A DNA stretch of 64,000 nt, taken from NCBI RefSeq assembly GCF_006345805.1, contig NC_043005.1:7316001-7380000 (forward strand), read 5' to 3'. The stretch comes from Octopus sinensis. Lineage: Eukaryota. Of the stretch, positions 26,857-37,850 are shown one piece after another. Made by a program: the position numbers and the translations under genes. Within the stretch, counting starts at the first letter, position 1, and each line of letters opens with the position of its first letter. The notes below the pieces were generated by a model that made no database searches, was not told the DNA's origin, and worked only from the letters and a program-made list of their open reading frames with translations.

Positions 26857-27776
26857 CAGATATGATTGCTGAAATATGAATACTGAGCCCCAGCCACACC
26901 AAAAATATAAGTAAAAATATGAAATGGTATATAAGTACCCTAAACAAATAGAATACGCCACACCAATCTTTTACTGTGTATTTGGACAAACTTTAGGATT
27001 AGAGAGTTAAAACATATTGATTCATTCTGCTAAAGTCACACTCAAAAGAATTGGTTTAAATTCAAAAGCAGAGGAAGTTTGTAAAATGCTGGTGTGAGAT
27101 TGTAATATTGGTGACCAAAGTCAGTTATTAAGAACTTCAAAAAAATGTTTAAAATGATATTTTAAACAGTTAAAAATATATTAAAATACGTTTCAATAAC
27201 TATAATAATTATTTGATAAATACTTTGATCACAGATTTGAAGGGGAAAAATGTACATTTTGTTGAAGGACTGAAATTTAGTTTTAACTTTATTGACCTTG
27301 GAGGGTGTATGACAGAATTTATACTGGTAGGATATGAACTTAGAAATGTTGCAAAGCATTTAGTCTGATACTACATATCATGTTTAACATCATATTCCTT
27401 ATCTTGTTTAATGCATCTGCATTCTTGTAATTAAAAATAAAGAGTTTACAAAACTTCAACATGTTTTGTTAATCTATTCATCAACTTTTCAATCTGAAGG
27501 TGCAACTGTCATTTGTGAATACAGACTTGATAAAATATGTCATTCTATCCATTTTCTCATGGAAGTAACTAAAGAAGGAATCAGTTCATTTTAATACTTA
27601 CTGTCTTATTTTAGAGCTAGCAAAAGAAAATTGTTAATATTACTGCAACAAGTAATTTTACAATATGATTTTATTTATTCATAAATTTGATGAAAATTTA
27701 TAATTAAGATCAGAAACTATAATAGCAATTGCAAAGGTATATTTTCAAGGCAAGTGTTTTGATTTGAGACTACATA

Positions 27777-28137
27777 CTCTTTTATTTGTTTCAGTCATTT
27801 GACTGCGGCCATGCTGGAACACCGCCTTTAGTCGAGCAAATCGACTCCAGGACTTATTCTTCATAAGCCTAGTACTTATTCTATCGGTCTCTTTTGCCAA
27901 ACTGTTACGTTACGGGGACGTAAACACACCAGCATCGGTTGTCAAGCGATGTTGGGGGGACAAACACAGACACACAATATATATAGAAACGACAGGCTTC
28001 TTTCAGTTTCCATCTACCAAATCCACTCACCCGAGGCTATAGCAGAAGACACTTGCCCAAGGTACCACACAATGGGACTGAACCCAGGACCATGTGGTTG
28101 GTAAGTAAGCTACTTACCACACAGCCACTCCTGCACC
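27777..28137 (-). mobile_element. SINE family A
   Basis: Reverse complement of the consensus, small internal deletion. Confidence 0.88.
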
Positions 28138-28156
28138 TATACATGTTGAAACTAAA

Positions 28157-28423
28157 ACAATTGCAACATGGAAGACTCATGTTAGCCATTCAGAAACACA
28201 CTAAGACTGTTAACTTCACTTAAACATTTATTGTTTGTAATATAGTGTCAAAATTTTCATCATGTGAAACTGTGACCTCACAGTGTTCATCATCATCATT
28301 TAACATCTATTGCCCATGCTGGCATGGGTTGGACTGCACCATATTACAAACAAGAAATGTTTAAGAGAAGTTAAGTCTGTTTGTTTCTGAATGGTGAACG
28401 TGTGTCTTCCACATTGCAATTGT
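28157..28423. mobile_element. Foldback/MITE-like element with diverged inverted arms of about 90 bp
   Basis: 28157-28247 is the reverse complement of 28337-28423, with scattered mismatches. Confidence 0.7.
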
Positions 28424-28712
28424 GTAAAAGTAATCACGTGATCACGTGACCGACCAGTCCATCAGATGTAGTTACACATCGCTGGTCACAATGCGTTCGC
28501 ATTGTTTTAGCCTTCGAATGACGCCACCCCGCTGGCTAAGCGAGCAGGCCAGTATAAGTAATACTGTATCAAAATAATTTCAGATATATTGAAATAAATG
28601 ATAATTATAAAAGTAGACTTTCTCCAATGAAATTTAGATGGTAAAATGTGTAAGAATGGACATAGCTAAGTATTGTAATAACATTTGGGTTCGGATGTCA
28701 CACAAGAGAATA

Positions 28713-29076
28713 TCTTTATATATAAAAGTGAAGTTGTGTGTCTGTCTCCTACGATTTAGATTCCTAACTACTCCCACATTTTGCGGGATTCATATCGAGC
28801 CTTTCTGGGTATTAGCGCACATCTACGATGAGTCTACGATTTAAAAAAAAATTTTCCATCAATATTTTCCATTTTAATGCATTTTTTTCGCTATTATATA
28901 AGGGAAGTAACTCTCTAAAAATGTCTACGATGAGTCAACGATTTAAAAAATAATTTACCATAATTTTTTTCCCATTTTTGATGCATTTTTTTGCAATTTT
29001 TTGGCTATAACTCTCTAAAAATGCTTATTTAGTTATTTCCCTTACAAACCCGAGCAACGCCAGGTGATACTGCTAG
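28713..29076 (+). mobile_element. Non-autonomous Helitron H1 (variant ii)
   Basis: Same termini and body as 17561-17948. Confidence 0.85.
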
Positions 29077-29447
29077 TTATATATAAGATGGTTGCAGAAA
29101 ATTTAGTTAATTATCTTCATACCATCAACAGATATTGCAATTTCAGGTTCCTAGTCCTTTTGGTCTTTTTTCTTGTACATATATATTCAGGGTGCTTTTT
29201 TTTCTATACTCTGTCATAACTGTATAGCTTGAAAGTTAAAGGGGTCACTTCAAAAAATTACTACCAGAAGTCTTTATAGATATTTTGTTTTTACACTCGA
29301 GCATGGTCGATACCAGTGTCACCTAACTGGCCCCTGTGCTGGTGGCACTTAAAAGGCACCCACTACACTCTCAAAGCGTTTGGTGTTAAGAAAGGCATCC
29401 AGCTGTAGAAATCTTGCCAGATCAGATTGGAGCTTGGTGCAGCCTCC

Positions 29448-29790
29448 TTTTGAGACCTTTTCAACTGTAACGATTAAATAATTAAATTTAGAAAAATTAA
29501 AAAAGTTTTTTTAAAGGAATATCTGTATAGTGTTCAAATATAAGTGGCATTTTCCTTGTGTCTGCCTTTCTCTGTCTCTCTTGTTTGCACAAGTGCAAAC
29601 AAGAGAGAAAGGCAGAATGCCACTTATATTTGAACACTATACAAATATTCCTTTAAAAAAACTTTTTTAATTTTTCTAAATTTAATTATTTAATCGTTAC
29701 AGTTGAAAAGGTCTCAAAATGACCGAAACCGGTACTGAAATGTTCTTTATAAAATTATTTTAGCATTTTCTATCTTGACTTGTTTTTTCA
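29448..29790 (+). mobile_element. Penelope-like fragment: foldback plus minimal hammerhead motif
   Basis: Arms 29448-29590 and 29593-29719; hammerhead topology at 29700-29737; ends at (TA)n. Confidence 0.6.
29700..29737 (+). ncRNA. Candidate minimal type I hammerhead ribozyme (U3-A8 variant)
   Basis: CAG-UUGAAAA-GGUC[UCAAAAU]GACC-GAAA-C[CG]G-UA-CUG. Helices I, II and III all pair. Confidence 0.65.
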
Positions 29791-29822
29791 TATATATATA
29801 TATATATATATGTATATGTATA

Positions 29823-29861
<39 letters not shown>

Positions 29862-30295
29862 CAATATCAAATATCAAATTGACAATACATTTCAATGTCT
29901 TAAAAACAAAGTCATCTAAATTAATTACTTAGTTGGGATTAGAATGGTGGAGCTAAATAAAATTTATTTTTAAAGTAAACCTAGACAGAATTTATTCGAT
30001 TCTTGACAAATTTTACAATTTATTTACTACTTGTTCAACATGGCTGGATGTTTAAAAAGTTTTGCTTCACAATATTATGGTGTCAGACTTGACTTCCACT
30101 ATACAGGACATTGGTCAAGAGCTTTCTACTGTATATTCAAGTTGACCAAAATATTATAACTGGAATTTGATAGATGGAAACGTTGGTTGTGTGTGTGCAG
30201 CATGGAGAGAGAGAGAGTGTGTGTGTGACACCATTTTTATATGTCCCATGGCTTGACAGATTTCATGTATGAAGACTAGTTGAATCCTTTGAAAT

Positions 30296-30830
30296 ACAGG
30301 GTGCATTCCAGAAGTCTTGAGACATTTTTCAGGACAGACATGTATGAATTTCAAAGTAGTACAAATCTCTAATCTCCTTCAAAGTAGAATCCTCTGATTT
30401 CAATGTACTTGTAGTAGCACTCCAGCTATTTCATGAAAGCCCTGTGGAAGTCCTCCAAAGTGAAGGTGCCCAGGACCCTTGTCACAGCCTCCTTCATCTT
30501 CTTCAGCTTGGAAAACAACCAAAAGTCACCGAGAGCAAGGTCTGGGTTGTTGGCAAGGTGAGAGACAGTTTTGATGCCCATCTCTGTCAAATTATCAGGA
30601 TGGAATTGTGGACTGGTCTTGTACAGGTGCTCTGAACTTTTACAACAAAATGTCTTCCAAAACTCGTTCAAAAACTCAACAGTGTACTCTTTGTTGACTG
30701 TATGGCCAAAGGGAATTCAGTGGATGTAGATGATGCCCTTGCTGTTGAAAAACAAGACCATCGTGAGCTTCCCAGTGAACCTGATTTGCCTTGCCTCTTG
30801 TGCTAGCAAAAAGACATGCTCAACTCATAC
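30296..30830 (-). mobile_element. Degenerate mariner 3' half
   Basis: MVLFFNSKGIIY and NPDLALGDFWLFSKLK remnants; TIR-like TACAGGGTGCATTCCAGAAG. Confidence 0.7.
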
Positions 30831-31001
30831 AAGTTAATCCATAGGCAGGTCTGATGCATTTTGTAAGTTTCTGTGGCATATTTGCCTAGTTTAACACTAA
30901 ACCTGATTGCATAGTGAGCTTCCAAACTGCCTTCACGTCCCAACTGGATTCTAAAAACTAGTCGCCTGTCAAAACAGTGTTTAGTAAGATGTATTCATAT
31001 T

Positions 31002-31183
31002 ATTTCTTTATTGCCCACAAGGGGCTAGACATAGAGGAGACAAACAAGGACAGACAAAGGAATTAAGTCGATTACATCGGCCCCCAGTGCGTAACTGGTA
31101 CTTAATTTATTGACCCCGAAAGGATGAAAGGCAAAGTCGACCTCGGCAGAATTTGAACTCAAGATGTAGCGGCAGACGAAATA
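31002..31183 (-). mobile_element. SINE family C, 5'-truncated
   Basis: Matches the 3' two-thirds of 26628-26856. Confidence 0.85.
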
Positions 31184-31213
31184 CCTATTTCTTTACTACC
31201 CACAAGGGGCTAA

Positions 31214-31440
31214 ATACAGTCGATTGAGTGAGATACATGATTAACTACATGGGTGACTAAGCTGTATCCCACTCTGCCAGATATTTTAAGCATCTTAGCA
31301 GTAATTCTTGATGGACCAGGGGCTTTTTTCATATCCTTCATTGCTTTATCTATCATACTGCTGCTAATTAGAACAAGGATAGCAAGTTCCTCTGTTGGGC
31401 CCATGTTAAGAACTCTCTCTCCCTCCCTCCCATGCATTCT
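31214..31440 (-). mobile_element. RTE ORF fragment
   Basis: KAMKDMKKAPGPSRITAKMLK resembles the KAPGPDGIxAEMLK motif. Confidence 0.65.
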
Positions 31441-31499
31441 CCATGGTGGTGGTGATGGTGATGATGATGATGATGATGATGATGAAGAAATCACATATA

Positions 31500-31892
31500 T
31501 CTTTATATATAAAAGTGAGGTTGTGTGCTGTCTGTCTCCTACGATTTAGATTCCTAACTACTCCCACATTTTGCGGTGCAGTTTAACCAAAACCGGGTAT
31601 CTTATAGTCGTGATTCATATCGAGCCCTTCTGGGTATTAGTGCGCGTCTATGATGACTCTACGATTTAAAAAAAAATTTACCATCAATTTTTCCCATTTT
31701 AAATGCATTTTTGGCATATATAAGAGAAGTAACTCTCTAAAAATTTATTATTAAATCTCAGAACGTAAAAAGCTACAGTAACACCCCTTTGTGGTTAGCC
31801 ATATTGAGATGGCTATTATACTTTACATCTCTAAAAATGCTTATGTAGTTATTTCCCTTACAAACCCGAGCAACGCCAGGTGATACTGCTAG
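31500..31892 (+). mobile_element. Non-autonomous Helitron H1 (variant i)
   Basis: Same termini and body as 7086-7483. Confidence 0.85.
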
Positions 31893-32435
31893 TTTAAAAT
31901 AAGAATACCTGGAAAAATATTTTGAACAAAACATCTGCAAAATGAACATAGCCAAAGACTTTGCTTAATGTTTTTTTGAGATTTACTATAAACTGTGCAA
32001 TGTTATTGTTAATTAGTTGAGTCTCCAACTCGAGCACTGCTGGGTATTTTGGTTAAGAGTATAACAAAAATATAATCAGACTTACTTCTTTTTATAAACT
32101 TTTTATTGATATACTCCTCACTAGAAAACATACAACTGTTACGTGTCTGGAGTGAAATGTCGCCTGGAACACTGAGACACCAGGAAAGAACAATTCATAA
32201 TTTGATGCATTCAATGAGTTTATAAAACATATGAAAATGACTGAGAAATTTAAAGTTCATGACAGTTTTAAATATGCAGAAAAATGGATGATTAAAGTAG
32301 TTAGAATTTTAAAATAAAAGAAAAGAAAATACAAGCATATGAAAAAAAAAAACAGGCCTATCAGGATTTTCAATCAAGTTAACAAAAACAGAAATTATAC
32401 AGATTTCATATTTTACTATATTAATTTACTAAATG

Positions 32436-32466
<31 letters not shown>

Positions 32467-33020
32467 GCCCTGATGCAGTACCAGGCAGTGGCTCTCATGG
32501 CTTCTGATCTTAACTGATTGGAAGTGTTATCATGTACATTGTTTTGTCTTGGTATAAAAGATGGGCTACAGCAAATATTCTGCTCAATACCACAGATTTG
32601 CTTGTCAGTTGTTTGACCTTAACCAGTTGAGCATGTCCCTTAGTGGCTGACGATATGTGCATCTCTGATCACGAGCAGAAGTAGTGGGAGAGCATCATAG
32701 CCATGTGTTGAGAGGGATTGATTGGGGTTTAAATAATTCACCTCTGGAAACATGGGTGGTTCGTTCAACATCCTTAAACAACCCTTATTCAGGCACCTTT
32801 CGAGTGGGATGGGTTACTCGACCAGAAGAAAATTCTAACTGGGCCCCACCTGCAAGGTCATGTGCTGTTTATCTTGAAATGAGATCACTATGTCGCGCAC
32901 ATATGGTTGTGATGCATGTGCCTGGTGTACCCTTATCAGACAGGTAGTCATGATGGGTATACTGGGCTTCGTATATTTTACCCCAGTGTCACTTTGATGG
33001 CATGCACTGCTCTCTCATTC
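32467..33020 (-). mobile_element. Unclassified retroposon-like element of about 550 bp inserted in (AAT)n
   Basis: Higher-GC block with CpGs, bounded by (AAT)n on both sides. No ORF or pol III boxes seen; family assignment not possible from one copy. Confidence 0.45.
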
Positions 33021-33031
33021 AATAATAATCG

Positions 33032-33483
33032 TTTCAACTCTAAGCACAAGGACTGAAATTGTTGGGGAGGGGGGGACTAATCAATTACATTGACTCTAGT
33101 GTGTAACTGGTACTTATTTCATCGACCTCCGTTTGGAGGTCAATGAGAGGCAAAGCTGACCTCAGTAGAATCTAGACTCAGACCATAAGGACAGACAAAA
33201 TGCTGCTAAGTATTTCACCTGGTGCGCTAACGATTCTTCCAGCTCACCACCTGAATAATAATAATAATAATAATCTTTACTACTGAAGGCACAAGACCTG
33301 GACTTTGGTGAGAAGAGACTTTGTCAATAAACATCAATCGCAGAGTTTAATTCATCAACCCTGAAAGGATGAAAGGCAAAGTCAACCTTGGCAGAATTTG
33401 AACTCAGAACACGAAGATGGACAAAAATGCTACCAAGTATTATTTTTGTCTGGCATGCTAATGATTCTACCAGCTCATTGCCT
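33032..33483 (-). mobile_element. Two adjacent diverged family-C-related SINEs
   Basis: Central-domain and B-box remnants at about 33110-33250 and 33350-33480. Confidence 0.65.
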
Positions 33484-33605
33484 TAATAATAATAATAATG
33501 AACTTAATGTATACAGTGCTCAGGGGCACTACAACTCATTAGAAAAAGATATGCACAAGAAATTAACAATGAATGAGTCATTTAAATACATATATATATA
33601 TATAT

Positions 33606-34000
33606 CTACCCTCTTGCGACTTGCCGCTTAACAAGCCATTCCGTTGGCGATCGTGGCCCGCTCAACATCGTTCTCCCTCTGCCGAAAAGGTAATTGTTTC
33701 CACGCCTGCTAGATAAGTTATTTTTGTATCATTTTGTCTAAAGTCGTAAGACACCTGCTGTTAACCATTCTTGTTTTTAATTCTGTTTTCGTTTTTTTGT
33801 ATTTATATTCGTCTCTGTTGCATTTTACATTCATTCCTTTTACCAAGAAATCTAATGCTCACAGCTTAGTTTTTCCTTGGGGCTGGCCGTGTTGGAGCAA
33901 ATATCAGAATTAATCAGCCGAAATTTGCTATGATGATCCGGTTTCTGACTGAAGATTAAAGGCTTCGAATGACCTGTCTGTTTTCTGTGTTCGTCTCTTT
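33606..34000 (+). mobile_element. Unclassified T-rich repeat between (TA)n tracts, possibly Penelope-like
   Basis: 33849-34000 recurs in rearranged form at 52430-52654. Confidence 0.5.
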
Positions 34001-34090
34001 ATATATAAATTTTTATATAATTATATATATATATATATATACCAATAGCAAAATAATGAATAATTTTTTAATTCATTTTAGTGTAATACA

Positions 34091-34157
34091 CTACTCTTCA
34101 TTTCCTTTCCGTTTGGTAAAATTTCCGAGTAAAGATACTAATTGAACTGCGGCAATC
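34091..34157 (-). CDS. TMEM241: Probable TMEM241 terminal exon ((W)IAAVQLVSLLGNFTKRKGNEE*)
   Basis: Strong polypyrimidine acceptor (ttgtttcttttctctctacag), correct phase (TG|G), hydrophobic stretch plus basic tail of the expected length, TAG stop. Sequence similarity is weak, so this exon is tentative. Confidence 0.55.
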
Positions 34158-34398
34158 CTGTAGAGAGAAAAGAAACAATAAACATGATGCTTCAAATTTG
34201 TTTCAATTTCTAGCTTCAATAAAATTAAAAAATTTTTTAATAATTTTTTTATTATTCACTTCTACTTAATAATGTCACGTCTACAAACATCTGCATTTTC
34301 ACAAACTTTTTCCAACCAGTTCATGCTATAATTAGTGGAAATTAAAGCACCTTAAATTTCAGTGGAAATTAAAGCACCTTAAATTCTATAAGTTATCT

Positions 34399-34561
34399 AG
34401 TGGCTGTGTGGTAAGTAGCTTGCTAACCAACCACATGGTTCCGGGTTCAGTCTCACTGCGTGGCATCTTGGGCAAGTGTCTTCTGCTATAGCCCCAGGCC
34501 GACCAAAGCCTTGTGAGTGGATTTGGTAGGCGGAAACTGAAAGAAGCCTGTCGTATATATG

Positions 34562-34594
<33 letters not shown>

Positions 34595-34819
34595 TTGTGT
34601 ATGTGTGTTTGTCCCCCTAGCTTTGCTTGACAACCGATGCTGGTGTGTTTAGGTCCCTGTCACTTAGCAGTTCGGCAAAAAGAGACCGATAGAATTTTTT
34701 GTAAGACTGGGCTTACAAAAAATAAGTCCCGGGGTCGATTTGCTCGACTAAAGGTGGTGCTCCAGCATGGCCACAGTCAAATGACTGAAACAAGTAAATG
34801 AGTAAAAGAGTAAAGAGTA
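34399..34819 (+). mobile_element. SINE family A
   Basis: Consensus match. Confidence 0.88.
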
Positions 34820-34857
34820 ATGCACAATCCATAAACACATCTGTGGGTTATCCTTTA

Positions 34858-35220
34858 TCTTTTACTTGTTTCAGTCATAAGACTGTGGCCATGCTGGGGC
34901 ACCACCTTGAAGAATTTTCGATGAATGAATCAGCCCTAGTACTTTCTTTTAAAGCCTGGTACTAATTATATCAATCTCCTCTGCTGAACCACTAGGTAAC
35001 TGTGACATAAACTCACTAACACCAGTTGTTAAATAGTGGTGGGAGACAGATACAGATATGATGAGTTTCTTTCAGTTTCCATCTACCAAATCCACTCATA
35101 AGGTTTTAGTCGGCCAAGGCTAAAGTAGAAGACACTTGTCCAAGGTGCTACGTTCTAGGACTGAACCCAGAACCACCATGTGGATTGGAAGCAAACTTCT
35201 ACCACACAGCCACGCCTGCA
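34858..35220 (-). mobile_element. SINE family A-related, older diverged copy
   Basis: Degenerate reverse-complement match, tail-to-tail with 34399-34819. Confidence 0.7.
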
Positions 35221-35830
35221 TTTTTTCATTGTTCTGGACAAAGATCCAAGCATTATGTGATAATGAAGGAAAAACATGGACAAGGATGGAAATAAAAATG
35301 CATAATATTATGGAAATAGGTACTTGGAAGATCATAATGGAATTCGCTAGCAATACTGTTCTGCTCTATATATTTAGTTCTAAATCAATAATTTTGCAAT
35401 TGAAAATACCATTCCCTCCCAACAAAAAGTGTCTGAAAAATCCTACCATGCCTTATTTGTTTAAGTTCAAGCTTTGGACACGTTGCTAACAAGAAGTGGT
35501 TTTGATGCTGTGGTGGCTTTACTGGTACCCTAAGTGAACCCCTACGCTATCCTTACAAGAGTGTTTCTCAAATTTCTTTAGAACGATTAGCAACTAAATA
35601 TTACCAATTGCAAATATAGTTATACCCGTGTAATTATTGTAATAAATTACAAATATAATTATACTGTACTTAATAGACATATTTGTGTCCACTGAAGCTG
35701 TACACTGACAAAAAATGGAAAAAATACTAAGTTTTTGGCATGCGAATGCTGTATCTGATCGTTGAAATTATTTTACTAAGATAACAATACATTACAGCAG
35801 TGCTTTCTTGATATAAATTACCACTTCAGT

Positions 35831-36197
35831 CATCATCATCATCATCGTTTAGCCTCCGCTTTCCATGCTAGCATGGGTTGGACGGTTCAACTGGGGTCTG
35901 TGAAGCCAGAAGGCTGCATCAGGCCCAGTCTGATCTGGCAGTGTTTCTACGGCTGGATGCCCTTCCTAACGCCAACCATTCCGTGAGTGTAGTGGGTGCT
36001 TTTTACGTGCCACCGGCACGGAGGCCAGTCGGGGCGGCGCTGGCAACGGCCACGATCGGATGGTTCGCTTACTTGTCACCGGCACTGGTATCACAGCTGC
36101 TATTTCCATTGATGTTGATCGGCTTCGATTTTGGTTCTGCATTCTGATATCTGATTTGATTTGGTTTGAATTTGATTTTGATTTTGATTTTTGATTC
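35831..36197 (-). mobile_element. Family B retroposon, full length with 25-bp TSD
   Basis: TSD TCTTGATATAAATTACCACTTC(A/G)GT at 35806-35830 and 36198-36222; 5' (AAAATC)n leader. Confidence 0.9.
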
Positions 36198-36816
36198 TCT
36201 TGATATAAATTACCACTTCGGTAACTTTATAAAAAGAATAAAGACACAGGTAACTGTAATAAAGAATAACAAGGGATGTAAAAAAAAAAACCGTTAACAT
36301 CTCGGCGAAGGCCAGTGGTGATATTTGGTAGTGTTATGTAAGCAGCTTAACCTATCAGGATAGTTTACCAAAGAGTATCAGTCAACATTTTCATAATTCC
36401 TGTATATATGAAAAATTTATAACCAGAATATGAACGGTCATGTAGTGATAGATAAATTGGTCAAGCACCGAATGTGAGACAGGGGTTACCTACATTTTTA
36501 TTTTCTTGAGAAAACCGAGGTGCATCTTTATATGTCCGTAGGTAGAGTGATCGAAGATAATCATTCCGTTAGTTACTTAATGTAAGGGAGACAACAATGT
36601 TACTTTAAAGAGAGAGAGAGAGAGAATGTCGTACAAGGACGATATAAGGGAGTTAACTGCGATGTTTTCGCTAAACCACTGTTACCTGCTGAGAAGCATT
36701 TAATTCGGCGGCTCGCGGGTGATAAGACGCACACTATAATTAACAAAGTACATTTTAGAAAAGATGTTTTTGATGATCTATAAACATATCGAAGTTTTGT
36801 TTTGTAAAAATGACTA

Positions 36817-37223
36817 GGAGCAGGAGTGGCTGTGTGGTAAGTAGCTTGCTAACCAACCACATGGTTCCGGGTTCAGTCCCACTGCATGGCATCTTGGGCA
36901 AGTGTCTTCTGCTATAGCCCCGGGCCGACTAATGCCTTGTGAGTGGATTTGGTAGACGGAAACTGAAAGAAGCCTGACGTATATGTGAATATATATATGT
37001 ATGTGTGTTTGTTTGTGTGTCTGTGTTTGTCCCCCTAGCATTGCTTGACAACCGATGCTGGTGTGTTTACGTCCCCGTCACTTAGCGGTTCGGCAAAAGA
37101 AACCGATAGAATAAGTACTGGGCTTACAAAAAGAATAAGTCCCGGGGTCGAGTTGCTCGATTAAAGGCGGTGCTCCAGCATGGCCGCAGTCAAATGACTG
37201 AAACAAGTAAAAGAGTAAAAGAG
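36817..37223 (+). mobile_element. SINE family A
   Basis: Consensus match. Confidence 0.9.
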
Positions 37224-37374
37224 TTTAGTTGCTATTACGTAGTGTAGTAAAAAGGTAATGTCAGCTAAATAACTAACCTGACATCTAAAGAATGGTGTCT
37301 CTTGCAGTGGTACTTCTGCTTGTCGACAAATAGTCTGTGAAGCCAGTAAATCCTTGAAGACTTCTTATTAAGAA

Positions 37375-37566
37375 GGTGGCAAGCTGGCAGAAACGTTAGC
37401 ACACCGGGCGAAATGCTTAGCTGTATGTATTTCGTCTATCTTTACGTTCTGAATTCAAATTCCCCTGAGGTCGACTTTGCCTTTCATCCTTTTGGGTGTG
37501 ATAAATTAAATATCAGTTGCATATTGGGGTTGATCTAATCAACTGGCCCCACTCCCCCAAAATTTC
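37375..37566 (+). mobile_element. SINE family C-related
   Basis: Head GGTGGCAAGCTGGCAGAAACG and central domain. Confidence 0.8.
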
Positions 37567-37850
37567 AGAATAGTAAAGACTACTTTACTAAACTAATAAA
37601 TATGTTAACCATTGTACTAGGATATAGTTATTACCTGTGAATTATAACTGTAGGCTTATATAAGAAGACAAGGATTCTTGTAAGGGTTGCATCCAACCGT
37701 AAAAATTTAATTTTAGAACTTGACCTTTTAGTGATAAGACATAGGATGATTTGGCTGTTTATTCCTGAAAAAAGTGCATCTTTAGCACCATGGAAAATGG
37801 TAAAACAAGAAATAGTTGGAATGATGCACATTTAGTTATGATTTAAAATA

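Larger units (their letters stand above)
25210..27057. repeat. Inverted duplication: left arm 25210-25902 (interrupted), right arm about 26612-27057
   Basis: About 200 bp of unique sequence plus the family-C SINE mirrored. About 3 differences in the unique part. Confidence 0.92.

Noticed and set aside
32880-33020. HDV-like ribozyme at the 5' end of the unclassified element
   Set aside because: A 7-bp P1 with a G.U first pair can be drawn, but the required GG (P1.1), P3 and J4/2 elements do not follow.
33940-33985. CTGAAGA...GAAT motif, also at about 52525-52551 on -, as a third hammerhead
   Set aside because: Helix II cannot form directly after A9, position 15.1 is T and position 17 would be G. 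At best it is a decayed or unrelated motif.
36480-36740. CpG-containing block with pogo/Tigger-like terminal words (GGTGCATCTTTATA, ATAAGACGCAC)
   Set aside because: No matched TIR pair, TSD or transposase trace could be established by eye.
37631-37831. Minus-strand ORF with splice-like ends
   Set aside because: Contains a degenerate repeat-like segment and shows no similarity to the TMEM241 C-terminus.
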